NCBI GenBank assembly: GCA_963765575.1
Contig: CAVXWZ010000011.1
Coordinates: 192,001-256,000, forward strand
Reading direction: 5' to 3'
Length of the DNA stretch: 64,000 nucleotides
DNA from: an uncultured cyanobacterium
Lineage (GTDB): Bacteria > Cyanobacteriota > Cyanobacteriia > PCC-6307 > Cyanobiaceae
Part shown: positions 36,738 through 49,523 of the stretch, piece after piece
How positions within the stretch are numbered: the first letter of the stretch is position 1
Layout of the letters: each line of letters opens with the position of its first letter
The notes under the pieces: model-generated
The model's input: the letters and a program-made list of their open reading frames with translations, nothing else
Told to the model about the DNA's origin: nothing
Databases searched by the model: none
Made by a program: the position numbers and the translations under genes

Positions 36738-37385
36738 CTATTGGGTCTGGAAGGTGTCCTTGAGCACGGTGCGGGCGGCCAGCTGGCGACGGGTGTGGTC
36801 GAGCAGCTGGAATTCCTGGCGCAGGCGCTCAGCGGTGTCGGTGATCTCGAGCAGCGCCTGCTGGTGGTCAGCCACGGGCCCGCCGAGGTGGGCGCCGATC
36901 CAGAAGGACAGCTCCCGGGGCAGGTCCGGCAGATCGCTCGGCAGCTGGGCCGGCTTGCCCACCAGCTTCGCCGTGAGCTCGACCACATCGCGCAGGGCTG
37001 TCTGGACCTCGCCGGCCAGGCTGGTCAGGTCGTCGGGCTCGGGGGCGACCTGATCCTCGATCCAGCTCACCAGGGCCACCCGAAAGGGCGCCTCACGCAC
37101 CGTGTCCAGCACCCGGAAGCGCTGCTGGCCCATGGTCACGATGTTGCTGCGATCATCCTCCTGGCTCTGGCAATGAATGATTTCGGCGCAGCAACCCACA
37201 TCCGCCATGCGGCGCTTCTGGGGGTCCCAGCGCACCACACCGAAGCGGCGATCCTCTTCCATCACCGTGCTCAGCAGCATGCGGTAGCGCGGCTCGAAGA
37301 TGTGCAGGGGCAGCACTTCCTGGGGGAAGAGCACCACATCAGGGAGGGGAAACAGGGGCAGCTCCCGTACGGCCAGATTTGCCAT
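36738..37385 (-). CDS. LON peptidase substrate-binding domain protein
   Basis: LPLFPLPDVVLFP..LHIFEPRY. Confidence 0.92.
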   Translation of the reverse strand: MANLAVRELPLFPLPDVVLFPQEVLPLHIFEPRYRMLLSTVMEEDRRFGVVRWDPQKRRMADVGCCAEIIHCQSQEDDRSNIVTMGQQRFRVLDTVREAPFRVALVSWIEDQVAPEPDDLTSLAGEVQTALRDVVELTAKLVGKPAQLPSDLPDLPRELSFWIGAHLGGPVADHQQALLEITDTAERLRQEFQLLDHTRRQLAARTVLKDTFQTQ

Positions 37386-37459
37386 GGCTTGTTCAGGAGG
37401 TGCCCATCGATCCTAGAAACATCGCCCGGCCCCCGCGGCGGGGTAACGGGCCATGTCCG

Positions 37460-37780
37460 TCAGAGCTTCACTTCGATATCCACGCCGCTGGGCAGGTCCA
37501 GCTTCATGAGGGCGTCGATGGTCTTGGCCGTGGGGCTGTAGATATCGATGATGCGGCGGTGGGTGCGCGTCTCGAAGTGCTCACGGGAGTCCTTGTCCAC
37601 GTGGGGCGAGCGCAGCACGCAGTAGATCTTGCGCTTGGTGGGCAGGGGGATGGGGCCGATCGCGGTTGCAGCGGTGTGATCGGCGGTTTCGATGATCTTC
37701 TCGCAGGAAAGATCCAGCATGCGGCGATCAAACGCCTTCAGGCGGATGCGGATCTTCTGCTGGGCGATGGTGGCGGACAT
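37460..37780 (-). CDS. rpsJ: 30S ribosomal protein S10
   Basis: [17 protein letters not shown] and SREHFE motifs. Confidence 0.99.
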   Translation of the reverse strand: MSATIAQQKIRIRLKAFDRRMLDLSCEKIIETADHTAATAIGPIPLPTKRKIYCVLRSPHVDKDSREHFETRTHRRIIDIYSPTAKTIDALMKLDLPSGVDIEVKL

Positions 37781-37928
37781 GGGAAAGAGAAGCAGGTGGA
37801 ATGGCCCTCAGGGTGGGGCATCCGGGGAGGGGAATTGTCGAGGTGCTGGGCCGGTTGCTGGGTACCGGCCGCCGGCTGGTGGTTGGGGCTGGAGGGCAGC
37901 ACTTGGCCCTCCAGTTCCCCGCCCTGGC

Positions 37929-39128
37929 TCACTCGATGATCTTGGAGACCACGCCGGCACCGATGGTGCGGCCGCCTTCGCGAATGGCGAAGCGCATGCC
38001 CTGCTCGATGGCCACCGGGCAGATCAGCTGGCCCGTCATCTTGATGCGGTCACCCGGCATCACCATTTCCACGTTGCCACCGTCGTCGGCGGTGAAGGCG
38101 GTGATCTGGCCGGTCACATCCGTGGTGCGGATGTAGAACTGCGGGCGGTAGCCGGCGAAGAAGGGGGTGTGGCGGCCGCCTTCCTCCTTCTTGAGCACAT
38201 ACACCTCACCCTCGAACTTGGTGTGGGGAGTGATGGAGCCTGGCTTCACCAGCACCATGCCGCGCTCGATGTCCTCTTTCTGGATGCCGCGCAGCAGCAG
38301 GCCGACATTGTCGCCAGCCATGCCCTCATCGAGAAGCTTGCGGAACATCTCCACACCGGTGACGGTGCTCTTGCGGGTGTCCCTGATGCCCACGATCTCG
38401 ATCTCTTCGCCCACCTTCACCTTGCCGCGCTCGATCCGGCCGGTGGCCACGGTGCCGCGACCGGTGATCGAGAACACGTCTTCGACGGCCATCAGGAAGG
38501 GCTTGTCGATCTCGCGCTCCGGCTCGGGAATCGACTCATCGACGGCCGCCATCAGCTCGTTGATCTTGGCTTCCCACTCGGCATCACCCTCAAGGGCCTT
38601 GAGACCGGACACCTTGATCACGGGGATGTCGTCGCCGGGGAAGTCGTAGCTGCTGAGCAGTTCGCGCACCTCCAGCTCCACCAGCTCGAGGATCTCCTCG
38701 TCGTCGACCATGTCGCACTTGTTGAGCGCCACCACCAGGGCGGGCACGCCCACCTGCTTGGCCAGGAGGATGTGCTCCTTGGTCTGGGCCATGGGGCCGT
38801 CGGTGGCGGCCACCACCAGGATGCCGCCGTCCATCTGGGCGGCGCCGGTGATCATGTTCTTCACATAGTCCGCGTGGCCGGGGCAGTCCACGTGGGCGTA
38901 GTGCCGGTTCTCGGTTTCGTACTCGACGTGGGCGGTGTTGATCGTGATACCGCGATCACGCTCCTCAGGGGCGCCGTCAATCTGGTCGTAGGCCTGGGCC
39001 TTCGCGAAACCCTTCTTGGCCAGCACGCTGGTGATGGCGGCGGTGAGGGTGGTCTTGCCGTGGTCAACGTGGCCAATGGTGCCGATGTTGACGTGGGGTT
39101 TGTTCCTTTCGAACTTTTCGCGAGCCAT
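37929..39128 (-). CDS. tuf: elongation factor Tu
   Basis: [14 protein letters not shown] and NKCD motifs. Confidence 0.99.
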   Translation of the reverse strand: MAREKFERNKPHVNIGTIGHVDHGKTTLTAAITSVLAKKGFAKAQAYDQIDGAPEERDRGITINTAHVEYETENRHYAHVDCPGHADYVKNMITGAAQMDGGILVVAATDGPMAQTKEHILLAKQVGVPALVVALNKCDMVDDEEILELVELEVRELLSSYDFPGDDIPVIKVSGLKALEGDAEWEAKINELMAAVDESIPEPEREIDKPFLMAVEDVFSITGRGTVATGRIERGKVKVGEEIEIVGIRDTRKSTVTGVEMFRKLLDEGMAGDNVGLLLRGIQKEDIERGMVLVKPGSITPHTKFEGEVYVLKKEEGGRHTPFFAGYRPQFYIRTTDVTGQITAFTADDGGNVEMVMPGDRIKMTGQLICPVAIEQGMRFAIREGGRTIGAGVVSKIIE

Positions 39129-39168
39129 GGGAGTAAAGAATCGGGGGGGTAAGTGGGTGGTTGAAAGA

Positions 39169-41244
39169 TCAGGACTTGCCCTGATTCTTGGAGATGATGG
39201 CCTCGGCCACATTGCGAGGAACTTCCTCGTAATGGCTGAATTCCATCGAGAAGATACCCCGACCCTGGGTCATGGATCGGAGCTGGGTGGCGTAGCCGAA
39301 CATCTCGGCCAGGGGCACCTTGGTCTGGACCTTGGACAGCCCATTGTCGATGGACTGGCCTTCGACCTGGCCACGGCGGGAGGAGAGGTCGCCGATCACC
39401 GAGCCGAGGAAGTCTTCCGGTACCTCGACCTCCACCTTCATCATCGGTTCAAGCAGCACGGGATTGCACTTCTTGACGCCGTCCTTGAAGGCCAAGGAGC
39501 CGGCGATCTTGAACGCCATCTCCGAGGAGTCGACGTCGTGGTAGGAGCCGTCCACCATGGTGACCCTCACATCGATCATCGGGTAACCCGCGACCACGCC
39601 GGATTCGCAGGTCTCCTTCATGCCGTTTTCGGCGGGACCGATGTATTCCCTGGGCACGACGCCACCAACGATCTTGTTGACGAACTCGAACCCTGAACCC
39701 GGTTCACCGGGCTCCATCTCAATCACCACGTGGCCGTACTGACCCTTGCCACCGGTCTGGCGGGCAAACTTGCCTTCACCCTTGGCGCTGCCGCGGATGG
39801 TTTCCCGGTAGGAAACCTGGGGAGCGCCGATGTTGGCTTCCACCTTGAACTCCCGCAGCATGCGGTCCACCAGGATCTCCAGGTGCAACTCGCCCATGCC
39901 GGCGATCACGGTCTGGTTGGTTTCGGGATCGGTGGAGACGCGGAAGGTGGGATCTTCCTCCGAGAGCGATTGCAGAGCTTTGGAGAGCTTGTCCATGTCG
40001 CCCTTGGTCTTGGGCTCCACCGCCACCGAGATCACGGGCTCGGGGATATACAGCGATTCCAGGATGATGGGATCGCTCTCGATACAGAGCGTGTCGCCGG
40101 TGGTGGTGTCTTTGAGACCAAGCACGGCGCCGAGGTCGCCGGCCCGGAGCTCATCCACCTCTTCGCGGTCATCGGCCTTGAGAATGATCAGGCGTGAGAT
40201 GCGCTCTTTTTTGTCCTTGGTGGAGTTGAGCACGTAGCTGCCCTTCTTCAGCACACCCGAATAGATGCGCACAAAGGTGAGCTTGCCGAAGGGATCGGCC
40301 ATCACCTTGAAGGCCAGGGCGCTGAAGGGGGCGCTGTCTTCCGCGGGCCGCAGGGCTTCGCTGCCATCGGCCAACAGACCCTGAATCGGAGGCACGTCAA
40401 TCGGCGCCGGCAGGTAATCGACCACGGCATCGAGCAGCAGCTGCACGCCTTTGTTCTTGAAGGCCGAGCCGCAGAGCATCGGCACCAGGCCGTGGCTGAG
40501 CACACCGGTGCGGATGCCCCTGCGCAGCTGCTCCTCGGTGAGCTCGTTGTTCTCCAGGAACGCCTCCACCAGCTCCTCGTCGGTTTCGGCCACCGACTCC
40601 ATCAGCTTGTTGCGCCACTCGGCCACGGTCTCGACCATGTCCGCGGGAACATCGGTTTCCTCGATGTCCTTGCCGAGGTCGTCCTTGTAGATGTAGGCGC
40701 GGTTCTTGACCAGATCGATAATGCCGCTGAGGTCGCCCTCAGCACCGATCGGCAGCTGGATGGGGGCGGCGTTGGCCTTGAGCCGGTCCTTGATCTGCTC
40801 GTAGACCTTGAGGTAGTCGGCCCCGGTGCGGTCCATCTTGTTGACGAACACCATGCGCGGCACCCGGTAGCGGTCGGCCTGGCGCCACACCGTTTCCGAC
40901 TGGGGCTGGACGCCACCGACGGCGCAGAACACGGCGATCACGCCATCGAGTACGCGCATGGAGCGCTCCACCTCGATGGTGAAATCGACGTGGCCGGGGG
41001 TGTCGATGATGTTGATGCGGTGGTCTTTCCAACTGGTGGAAATAGCCGCAGCGGTGATGGTGATTCCCCGTTCACGCTCCTGGGCCATCCAGTCGGTGAC
41101 GGCGGCGCCATCATGCACCTCGCCCATCTTGTGGACGACGCCCGAATAAAAGAGGATGCGCTCAGTGGTGGTGGTTTTGCCCGCGTCAATATGAGCGGCG
41201 ATGCCGATATTTCTGACGCGTTCCAGTGGAAAGGCGCGGGCCAC
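39169..41244 (-). CDS. fusA: elongation factor G
   Basis: [18 protein letters not shown] and GMGELHL motifs. Confidence 0.99.
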   Translation of the reverse strand: MARAFPLERVRNIGIAAHIDAGKTTTTERILFYSGVVHKMGEVHDGAAVTDWMAQERERGITITAAAISTSWKDHRINIIDTPGHVDFTIEVERSMRVLDGVIAVFCAVGGVQPQSETVWRQADRYRVPRMVFVNKMDRTGADYLKVYEQIKDRLKANAAPIQLPIGAEGDLSGIIDLVKNRAYIYKDDLGKDIEETDVPADMVETVAEWRNKLMESVAETDEELVEAFLENNELTEEQLRRGIRTGVLSHGLVPMLCGSAFKNKGVQLLLDAVVDYLPAPIDVPPIQGLLADGSEALRPAEDSAPFSALAFKVMADPFGKLTFVRIYSGVLKKGSYVLNSTKDKKERISRLIILKADDREEVDELRAGDLGAVLGLKDTTTGDTLCIESDPIILESLYIPEPVISVAVEPKTKGDMDKLSKALQSLSEEDPTFRVSTDPETNQTVIAGMGELHLEILVDRMLREFKVEANIGAPQVSYRETIRGSAKGEGKFARQTGGKGQYGHVVIEMEPGEPGSGFEFVNKIVGGVVPREYIGPAENGMKETCESGVVAGYPMIDVRVTMVDGSYHDVDSSEMAFKIAGSLAFKDGVKKCNPVLLEPMMKVEVEVPEDFLGSVIGDLSSRRGQVEGQSIDNGLSKVQTKVPLAEMFGYATQLRSMTQGRGIFSMEFSHYEEVPRNVAEAIISKNQGKS

Positions 41245-41324
41245 GGGTGTGATCTCCGAAGGGTCTACGAAAAGGCGAGGATCACTCTAGTGATCAGCCC
41301 CGGGGGGGCGAGCTGAGCCGGAAC

Positions 41325-41795
41325 TCAGTAGCGGTAGTGGGCGAAGGCCTTGTTGGCCTCGGCCATTTTGTGAGTTTCCTCACGCTTGCGCACGGCGCTG
41401 CCGGCCTCGTTGGCGGCATCCATCAGCTCACCGGCGAGCTTCTGGGACATGCTGCGGCCGTTGCGGCCGCGCGAGAAATTCACCAGCCAGCGCAGGGCCA
41501 TGGCGGTGCCCCGTTCCTGGCGCACTTCCATCGGCACCTGGTAGGTGGCACCACCCACCCGGCGGGCGCGGACCTCCACCAGTGGGGTGGCATTGCGCAC
41601 GGCGGTTTCGAACAGTTCCAGCGGGTCGCTGCCGGTGCGTTCGTTGATCATGCCGAAGGCATCGGAAAGGATGCGCTGGGCGGTGGACTTCTTGCCGTGT
41701 TTCATCAGCCGCGCCACCATCATTGACGCCAGGCGGCTGTTGAACTGGGGGTCGGGCAGAACCGGACGCTTCTCGGCGGCGTTGCGGCGGGACAT
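41325..41795 (-). CDS. rpsG: 30S ribosomal protein S7
   Basis: [11 protein letters not shown] and [12 protein letters not shown] motifs. Confidence 0.99.
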   Translation of the reverse strand: MSRRNAAEKRPVLPDPQFNSRLASMMVARLMKHGKKSTAQRILSDAFGMINERTGSDPLELFETAVRNATPLVEVRARRVGGATYQVPMEVRQERGTAMALRWLVNFSRGRNGRSMSQKLAGELMDAANEAGSAVRKREETHKMAEANKAFAHYRY

Positions 41796-41868
41796 GGGGG
41801 CAGGGTGAAAAAGCTGGAGTTGGGGAAGGCGTTGCGCGGATCAAAACCCGGATCTGGCTCAGGAGAGC

Positions 41869-42243
41869 TCAGTCCTTGGGGGTCTTGGCGCCGTACTTGG
41901 AGCGGGACTGACGCCGGTCTTTGACCCCGGCCGTGTCGAGGGTGCCGCGGATGATGTGGTAGCGGACCCCGGGCAGATCCTTCACCCGGCCGCCGCGGAT
42001 CAGCACCACCGAGTGCTCCTGGAGGTTGTGGCCGATGCCCGGGATGTAGGCGGTCACCTCAAATCCGGAGGTCAGCCGCACCCGCGCCACCTTGCGCAGG
42101 GCCGAGTTGGGCTTCTTCGGGGTGGAGGTGTACACGCGGGTGCACACGCCCCGGCGTGCGGGACAGGATCGCAGCGCCGGCGACTTGGTCTTGCGGGTCA
42201 GTCGCTGACGCTCGGTACGGATGAGTTGCTGGATTGTGGGCAT
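41869..42243 (-). CDS. rpsL: 30S ribosomal protein S12
   Basis: [19 protein letters not shown] and GRVKDLPG motifs. Confidence 0.99.
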   Translation of the reverse strand: MPTIQQLIRTERQRLTRKTKSPALRSCPARRGVCTRVYTSTPKKPNSALRKVARVRLTSGFEVTAYIPGIGHNLQEHSVVLIRGGRVKDLPGVRYHIIRGTLDTAGVKDRRQSRSKYGAKTPKD

Positions 42244-42318
42244 CGAGGGCCGGTAGTTCGGGGGCCGGGAACGGAACGACTGGTCGGGCGTTCCGACCCC
42301 AATCGACAATCCGTCACC

Positions 42319-42675
42319 TTACCGGGTCGCCCGACCTCTCCCTGGCTGGGTGCTGAAGGCCGCCCCGCAGGCGCAGGTTTGCACCCCCTCGGCGCTGCGC
42401 ACCAGGAAGCCGCCGCCGCTGAGGTCCCCGCGGTAGTCGAGGTTCAGGCCGGCGAGCAATGGGGCCTGCTGCTGGGGCGCGTGCAGGGTCACGCCATCGG
42501 CCCGGGCGATCGGCACCCCCGCCAGGTGTCCGGGCCGCAGACGGATCGTCCACTGCTCACAGCCCCCCTCCAGCAGATCCACATGCATCAGCCCGGGGGT
42601 GCCGGCCACGGCCGCCTGGCGGCCCAGTTCGGCGGCGGCGGCGGCGGTGAGTCGCAGGCTGTGGCCCTTGGGCAT
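42319..42675 (-). CDS. HesB/IscA-like Fe-S assembly accessory protein
   Basis: GGC, LDYRGDLSGGGF and CACGAAF motifs. Confidence 0.85.
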   Translation of the reverse strand: MPKGHSLRLTAAAAAELGRQAAVAGTPGLMHVDLLEGGCEQWTIRLRPGHLAGVPIARADGVTLHAPQQQAPLLAGLNLDYRGDLSGGGFLVRSAEGVQTCACGAAFSTQPGRGRATR

Positions 42676-42728
42676 GACGGGGCTGCGGCAGCGGGCGGGG
42701 ACTTCGCGCACTCTGGCAGCCCTGGAGC

Positions 42729-44531
42729 TCAGGGCGCCAGGCCCACGCCGTTGTGCACCCTGCCCACCACGCCGCGCCCCATCACCCGCACGCTGCCGCC
42801 CATCACCAGGCCCGTGGAGCTGCCGCCATCGAGGTTGAGGGCGTCGCGCAGCCCCATCTGCAGCAGCACCTGGGCGGCCTGGGCCAGGGTGGGACCGGGA
42901 TTGCCAGCGCCTTCGAGGGTGATCAGCCACACCTCGCGCCCGTCACTGGCCAGCACGGTGCGCGGGGCTCCCTGACGCATGAAGCTGGCGGCGAAGCCCT
43001 CGGCGCTGCCGTTGAGCACACTGCGGCCGCCCTGGAGCAGCAGCGGCCCGCCCCCAACCACCTGCTGGGCCGCCCCCAGGGAGCTGCTGGGGCGGCTGCT
43101 GAGGGTGAGCCGATCACCGGGGTTCCAGGCCAGCACGGCGCCGCCCCTGGCCACGAACAGCGTGTCGCCGCCCCGCAGCGGCACGCCCCGCTCCAGTTCC
43201 AGGGTGCCGAGGCGCTGCAGCACGGCGCCGTTGCGCATCAGCACGGCCGTTTCGTTGCCACTGAGGGCCTGGTAGGCCGGCCCCCACTCGGCCGTGTAGC
43301 GGCTGATCCCCCGCTGCACGAAGCCGCTGTTCACCACCACCAGCGGCACGCCCCGGCCATCGGGCCCGGCCACCGATTCCCGCAGGCTGAGCCGCCCGAA
43401 GCTGGGCAGCTCGCGGCCGTTCCAGGCCGCCACCCCGCGGTTGAGGATCGGTCCGGAGTACCAGCGGCCGTTGCGCTTCAGTGCGCCCAGGGGCAGGCGT
43501 CGCACGCGGTTGAAGTAGCCGCCGTTGATGGCCACCAGCGCCTGGTTCTGCTGGGCCAGCTGGGCGAGGGTGCCGAGGCCCGTCATGGCCGTGGGGGGCA
43601 CCAGGGGCACCAGCTGCAGGGGGCCGTTGGCCGGCTCCACCCGCACGGCGTTGATGCGGATGCCGGCGCGCTCCAGGCGGTCCCAGCGCACGCCCCGGCC
43701 CAGCAGGGCCTGCAGGCGGGGATCGATGGGGGCCGGCGCCGCCGGCGTGGGGGCCTTGGTGCCGCCGGGCAGGTCGATCACCACCCGGTTCGGTGTCCCG
43801 AGGGTGAAGACCTTGCTCGGGGCGCCGGCACCGCTGCGCAGGGCCAGCCCGCGGCCGTCGCCCCGCGCCGCCAGCCCCAGCCCCTGCAGCTCCCGGCGGC
43901 GGGCGGCATCGGCGCTGATGCCCAGCAGCAGTTCCCCGGCGGCGGTCTCCACCAGGGCCGGACCGGCGAGGTCGAGCACCACCCGGCGGCTGCCCACCTG
44001 GTTCGAGCTGCGCACCCCCACCAGGGCGGCCACCGGCAGATCGAGGCTGAGGCGATCGCCGTCGCTGCGCAGCCGCACCCCCACGGCCCGGAGCAGGGGC
44101 AGGGCATCCACCGCCACCTCGTCGTCGAGGGCCTGCTGGGCGCTGGCCGGCACCTTCAGGGGCTGGCCGAACCATTCCAGATCCAGGCTGCCGTCACTGA
44201 GGCTGCGGCTGCTCACGCCCAGCTGGTTCTGCAGCACCTCCAGCGGCAGCCACAGCTGGCTGGGGCGCTCGGCGGCGCCGACCCAGCGCCAGCGCGCCTG
44301 CTGGGGGCGGCCGTTGACCAGCAGGGTGGCGCCCTCGCGGGTCGGCTCCGTCGCCTGGCGGGGGCTGCTGCGGCTCACGGGCGGGGGCATCCGCGGCGCC
44401 GCCAGGGCGGCGCCAGGCAGCAGCACCGCCGCCAGGCCCAGACCCACCAGCCCGCGCAGCGCCAGGGCGGCCCGGGGTGAGCGTGGGGTCGCATCCGCGC
44501 TTGTCATGCCTGCAGTCTCGCGGTCCACCAT
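42729..44531 (-). CDS. phosphodiester glycosidase family exported protein
   Basis: Signal peptide; AINGGYF, GGGPLLL, PRT and NLDGGSS motifs. Confidence 0.9.
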   Translation of the reverse strand: MVDRETAGMTSADATPRSPRAALALRGLVGLGLAAVLLPGAALAAPRMPPPVSRSSPRQATEPTREGATLLVNGRPQQARWRWVGAAERPSQLWLPLEVLQNQLGVSSRSLSDGSLDLEWFGQPLKVPASAQQALDDEVAVDALPLLRAVGVRLRSDGDRLSLDLPVAALVGVRSSNQVGSRRVVLDLAGPALVETAAGELLLGISADAARRRELQGLGLAARGDGRGLALRSGAGAPSKVFTLGTPNRVVIDLPGGTKAPTPAAPAPIDPRLQALLGRGVRWDRLERAGIRINAVRVEPANGPLQLVPLVPPTAMTGLGTLAQLAQQNQALVAINGGYFNRVRRLPLGALKRNGRWYSGPILNRGVAAWNGRELPSFGRLSLRESVAGPDGRGVPLVVVNSGFVQRGISRYTAEWGPAYQALSGNETAVLMRNGAVLQRLGTLELERGVPLRGGDTLFVARGGAVLAWNPGDRLTLSSRPSSSLGAAQQVVGGGPLLLQGGRSVLNGSAEGFAASFMRQGAPRTVLASDGREVWLITLEGAGNPGPTLAQAAQVLLQMGLRDALNLDGGSSTGLVMGGSVRVMGRGVVGRVHNGVGLAP

Positions 44532-44725
44532 CGGCCGCTGACGTTAGGCGCAGCAAGCGGGCTGCGCCTGCCTAGGATCTGGGGCTCATCAGGTGCATGC
44601 TCCTCCGGGCGCAGGCGATACCGGCCCCGCAGTGGCCCCGCACCGGTTCGACCCGGTCAGGCCGCTGCAGGGTCCTCCCCGTGCCCCTGTCCACCGCCAC
44701 GACTCACGCCGGAACGCTTCGGGTT

Positions 44726-47700
44726 ATGCCTCGTCTCCCCCGCCCCGCATGGCCCCACCGCGACAGCCCGGCGCCGGCTGCCGTGGCGGGCGAAAAGGAC
44801 GCCTGCGGGGTGGGTTTCGTGGCCTCCCTGCACGGCAAGGCCGACAATTGGCTGCTGCGTCAGGCCCTGCGGGGGCTGGGCTGCATGGAGCACCGCGGCG
44901 GCTGCGGCGGCGACGGCGATTCCGGCGATGGCGCCGGCGTGCTCTGCGGCATCCCCTGGAGCTTTCTGGAGGCCGTGTGGCCCCAGGCCGCTGCCAGCGC
45001 CGGCCGCAGCCGCGGTCTGGGCATGGTGTTTCTGCCCACCGATGCCGCCCGCCGCGAACAGGCCCGTGCCTTCTGCGATGAGGAGGCCCGGCGTTTCGGC
45101 CTCGACAGCCTGGGCTGGCGCACCGTGCCGGTGGACCCGGCCGTGCTCGGGCCGATGGCGCGCGACACGGCCCCGTGCATCGAGCAGTGGCTGCTGGGCG
45201 CCGAGGTGGAGGGCGATGCCCTCGAAGCCCTGCTGTTCCGCCTGCGCCGCCGCTGCGGCGACCGGGCCCGGGAGGCCTGGGGCTCCGCCGGCGACCTCTA
45301 CTTCGCCGCCCTGAGCAGCCGCACCACCGTTTACAAGGGCATGGTGCGCTCGGAGGTGCTGCCGGCCTTCTACGCCGACCTGCGCGATCCGCGCTTCGCC
45401 GTGACCTATGCGGTGTATCACCGCCGCTTCAGCACCAACACGCTGCCCCGCTGGCCCCTGGCCCAGCCGATGCGGCTGCTGGGGCACAACGGTGAGATCA
45501 ACACCCTGCTCGGCAACATCAACTGGGCCCGGGCCGCCGAAGCCAACCTCGACGCCGTGTGGGGCGAAACGGCCGGCGACCTCAAGCCGGTGGTGAATCC
45601 GGCCTTCAGCGATTCGGCCAACCTCGACGCCACCCTCGAGCTGCTGGTGCGCGGCGGCCGGCCGATCACCGACAGCCTGCTCACCCTGGTGCCCGAGGCC
45701 TTCCGCCACCAGCCCGATCTGGAGAGCCGCCCGGCGATCCAGGCCATGTATGAATTCAACGCCTGCACCCAGGAGCCCTGGGATGGCCCGGCGCTGCTGG
45801 TGTTCGCCGACGGCCGCAGCGTTGGCGCCACCCTCGATCGCAACGGCCTGCGGCCCGCCCGCTACTGCATCACCAGCGACGGCTACGTGGTGATGGGGTC
45901 GGAGACCGGCGTGCTGGAGCTGCAGGAATCCCTGATCGTGGAGAAGGGCCGGCTGGGCCCTGGCCAGATGCTGGCGGTGGACCTCGAGCAGGGCCGGCTG
46001 CTGCACAACTGGGAGGTGAAGGAGGAGGCCGCGGCCCGCCACCCCTACGGCGCCTGGCTGGCCGAGAACCGCCGCAGCCTGCCGACCCGGCCCTGGGAGC
46101 AGGAGCGCCGGCTGGGCGATCTGGAGCTGCTGCAGCGGCAGACGGCCTTCGGCTTCACCGCCGAAGACCTCGACCTGGTGATCGAGGACATGGCCGGAGC
46201 CGGCAAGGAGCCCACCTATTGCATGGGCGACGACATCCCCCTGGCGGTGCTCTCCAGCAAGCCGCACCTGCTTTACGACTACTTCAAGCAGCGTTTCGCC
46301 CAGGTCACCAATCCGCCCATCGACCCGCTGCGCGAAAAGCTGGTGATGAGCCTGGAGATGCACCTCGGCCGGCGCGGCTCGGCCCTGCGCCCCGCTCCGG
46401 AGGGTGCGGCGGTGCTGCATCTCGACACGCCCCTGCTCAATGAGGCGGAGCTGGCCGACCTGCCCCACCAGGGCTTGCCCACCGCCCAGCTCTCGACGCT
46501 GCTGCCGGTGGCCGCCGGGCCGGCGGGGCTGGAGCAGGCCGTGCGGCGGCTGCAGGGCGAGGCCGAAGCCGCGGTGCGCGAGGGGCGCCAGATCCTGGTG
46601 CTCAGCGACCGCCTCGGCCTCGACGGCCGCCCCGCCGGCATCGCCGCCAGCACCACCTACGTGCCGCCGCTGCTGGCGGTGGGGGCGGTGCACCAGCACC
46701 TGCTGCGCCTGGGCCTGCGCCTGCACACCTCCCTGGTGGTGGACACGGCCCAGTGCTGGAGCACCCACCACCTGGCCTGTCTGATCGGCTTCGGTGCCAG
46801 TGCGGTGTGCCCGTGGCTCACCTGGGAAACCAGCCGCCACTGGCTGGCCCAGCCGCGCACCCAGAAAATGATCGAAACCGGCAAGCTGCCGGCCCTCGAC
46901 GCCGACCGGGCCCAGGCCAATGTGCGCAAGGCCCTCGAAGACGGGCTGCGCAAGATCCTGTCCAAGATCGGCATCTCGATGCTGTCGAGCTACCACGGCG
47001 CCCAGATCTTCGAAGCCATCGGCATCGGCGCCGACCTGATCGAGCTGGCCTTCCGCGGCACCACCAGCCGGGTGGCCGGCCTCAGCCTGGCTGAACTGGC
47101 CAGCGAAACCCTCACCTTCCACACCAAGGCCTTCCCGGAGCTGGATCGCACCAAGCTCGAGTTCATGGGCTTTGTGCAATACCGCACCGGCGGTGAATAC
47201 CACCTCAACAGTCCGGAGATGGCCAAGGCGCTGCATGCGGCCGTCAAGGCGGGGCCGGGCTATGACCACTTCTCCACCTACCAGACCCTGCTCGAAAACC
47301 GGCCGGTCACGGCCCTGCGCGACCTGCTCCAGCTCGAGCCGGCCGCCACGCCCCTGCCCCTCGACCAGGTGGAGAGCGTGGAGAGCATCTGCCGCCGCTT
47401 CTGCACCGGCGGCATGAGCCTGGGGGCGCTGTCGCGCGAGGCCCATGAGGTGCTGGCGGTGGCGATGAACCGGCTCGGCGGCAAGAGCAACAGCGGCGAG
47501 GGCGGTGAGGATTCGGCCCGTTTCCATCGTCTTCACGACGTGGACGATGCCGGCCACTCCGCCACCCTGCCCACCATCTCCGGGCTGCGCAACGGCGACA
47601 CCGCCTGCTCGGCGATCAAACAGGTGGCCTCGGGCCGCTTCGGCGTCACCCCGGAGTACCTGCGCAGCGCCCAGCAACTGGAGATCAAGGTGGCCCAGGG

Positions 47701-49334
47701 CGCCAAGCCCGGGGAGGGCGGCCAGCTGCCGGGCCCCAAGGTGGACGACTACATCGCCTGGCTGCGCAACAGCAAATCCGGGGTGCCGCTGATCTCACCG
47801 CCGCCCCACCACGACATCTATTCCATTGAGGATCTGGCCCAGCTGATCCACGACCTGCACCAGGTGCATCCGGCGGCCAAGGTGAGTGTGAAGCTGGTGG
47901 CCGAGATCGGCATCGGCACGATCGCCGCCGGGGTGGCCAAGGCCAACGCCGACGTGATTCAGATCTCCGGCCACGACGGCGGCACCGGCGCCTCACCGCT
48001 GAGCTCGATCAAACATGCCGGCAGCCCCTGGGAGCTCGGTCTCACCGAGGTGCACCGCAGCCTGCTGGAGAACGGCCTGCGCGATCGGGTGCTGCTGCGC
48101 GCCGACGGCGGCCTCAAGACCGGCTGGGATGTGGTGGTCGCCGCCCTGCTGGGGGCCCAGGAATACGGCTTCGGGTCGGTGGCGATGATCGCCGAGGGCT
48201 GCATCATGGCCCGCGTCTGCCACACCAACAACTGCCCGGTGGGGGTGGCGACCCAGAAGGAGGCGCTGCGCCGGCGCTTCACGGGCCTGCCCGAGCACGT
48301 GGTGAATTTCTTCCTGTTCGTGGCCGAGGAGGTGCGCCAGCTGCTGAGCGTGCTGGGGGTGGCCTCGATGGAGGAGCTGATCGGCCGCAGCGACCTGCTG
48401 GCGGTGCGTGAGGTGGCCCTGGCCAAGACCAGCGCCGTGGACCTCTCCTGCCTGCTGGATCCGATTCCGGCCGCGGCCGAGCGCAGCTGGGTGCGGCCCG
48501 ACCGGCTGGCCCATGGCAACGGCCCGATCCTGGAGGATCAGCTGCTGGCCGATGCCGACGTGATGGCCGCCATCGAGGAGCACGGCCAGGTGGCCCGCAC
48601 GCTGGCGATCATCAACACCGACCGCAGTGTGGGTGCCCGGCTGGCCGGCGAAATCGCCGCCCGCCACGGCAACAGGGGCTTCAACGGCCAGCTCGACCTG
48701 CGCTTCGAGGGCGCCGCCGGCCAGAGCTTCGGCGCCTTCCTGCTGCAGGGCATGGCCGTGCACCTCGAAGGTGACGCCAACGACTATGTGGGCAAGGGCA
48801 TGAACGGCGGACGCATCACCGTGGTGCCCCATCCCGGCGGCAGCAACCCCGGGGCCCAGGTGATCCTGGGCAACACCTGCCTCTACGGCGCCACCGGCGG
48901 CGAACTGTTCGCCCTGGGGCGTTCCGGCGAGCGCTTCGCGGTGCGCAACAGCGGCGCACGGGCGGTGGTGGAGGGTGCCGGCGATCACTGCTGCGAGTAC
49001 ATGACCGGCGGCGTGGTGGTGGTGCTCGGCTCCACCGGCCGCAACGTGGCCGCCGGCATGACCGGCGGCGTGGCCTTCCTGCTGGATGAGGACGGCCGCC
49101 TCAGCGAGCGCGTGAACCCCGACACCGTGGCCATCGAGGCCCTGACCACCGCCGAACAGGAGGCGCTGCTGCGGCCGTTGCTGGAGCGCCACCTGGAGGG
49201 CACCGGCAGCACCCGTGCCGCCCAGATCCTGGCCGACTGGCCCACCTGGAAAGGCCGCTTCAAGCTGCTGGTGCCGCCCAGCGAGAAGGCAGACGGTGGG
49301 GCTGGCGGAGCGGGAGGTGGTGGTGGCCGCATGA
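44726..49334 (+). CDS. gltB: ferredoxin-dependent glutamate synthase, frameshift at about 49288 near the C-terminus
   Basis: CGVGF, HRRFSTNT, HNGEIN, EIKVAQGAKPGEGGQL and CHTNNCP motifs; runs to 49408 as sequenced. Confidence 0.97.
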
Positions 49335-49523
49335 ATGCTGCCCCTGATCTGGCTAGTTCCTGCATGGATCACCTGTGCCGATTTTTGCAGGTCGGGGCGC
49401 TCCCATAAAATAGGGAGCCTGTTGGTCTTAAGGACGATTGGAAGGGTTGTCAGGTTGCGTGAACCGATTCGATTCGGGCCATCCGAGAGTGGCTGAATGG
49501 CTCAGTGGCTCGATCACTCCTTG

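Noticed and set aside
42150..42170. S12 reads CPARRG instead of the usual CP[E/Q]RRG
   Set aside because: Single substitution away from the streptomycin-resistance lysines; may be an error or neutral
44657..47677. 1006-aa minus-strand ORF
   Set aside because: Antisense shadow of gltB
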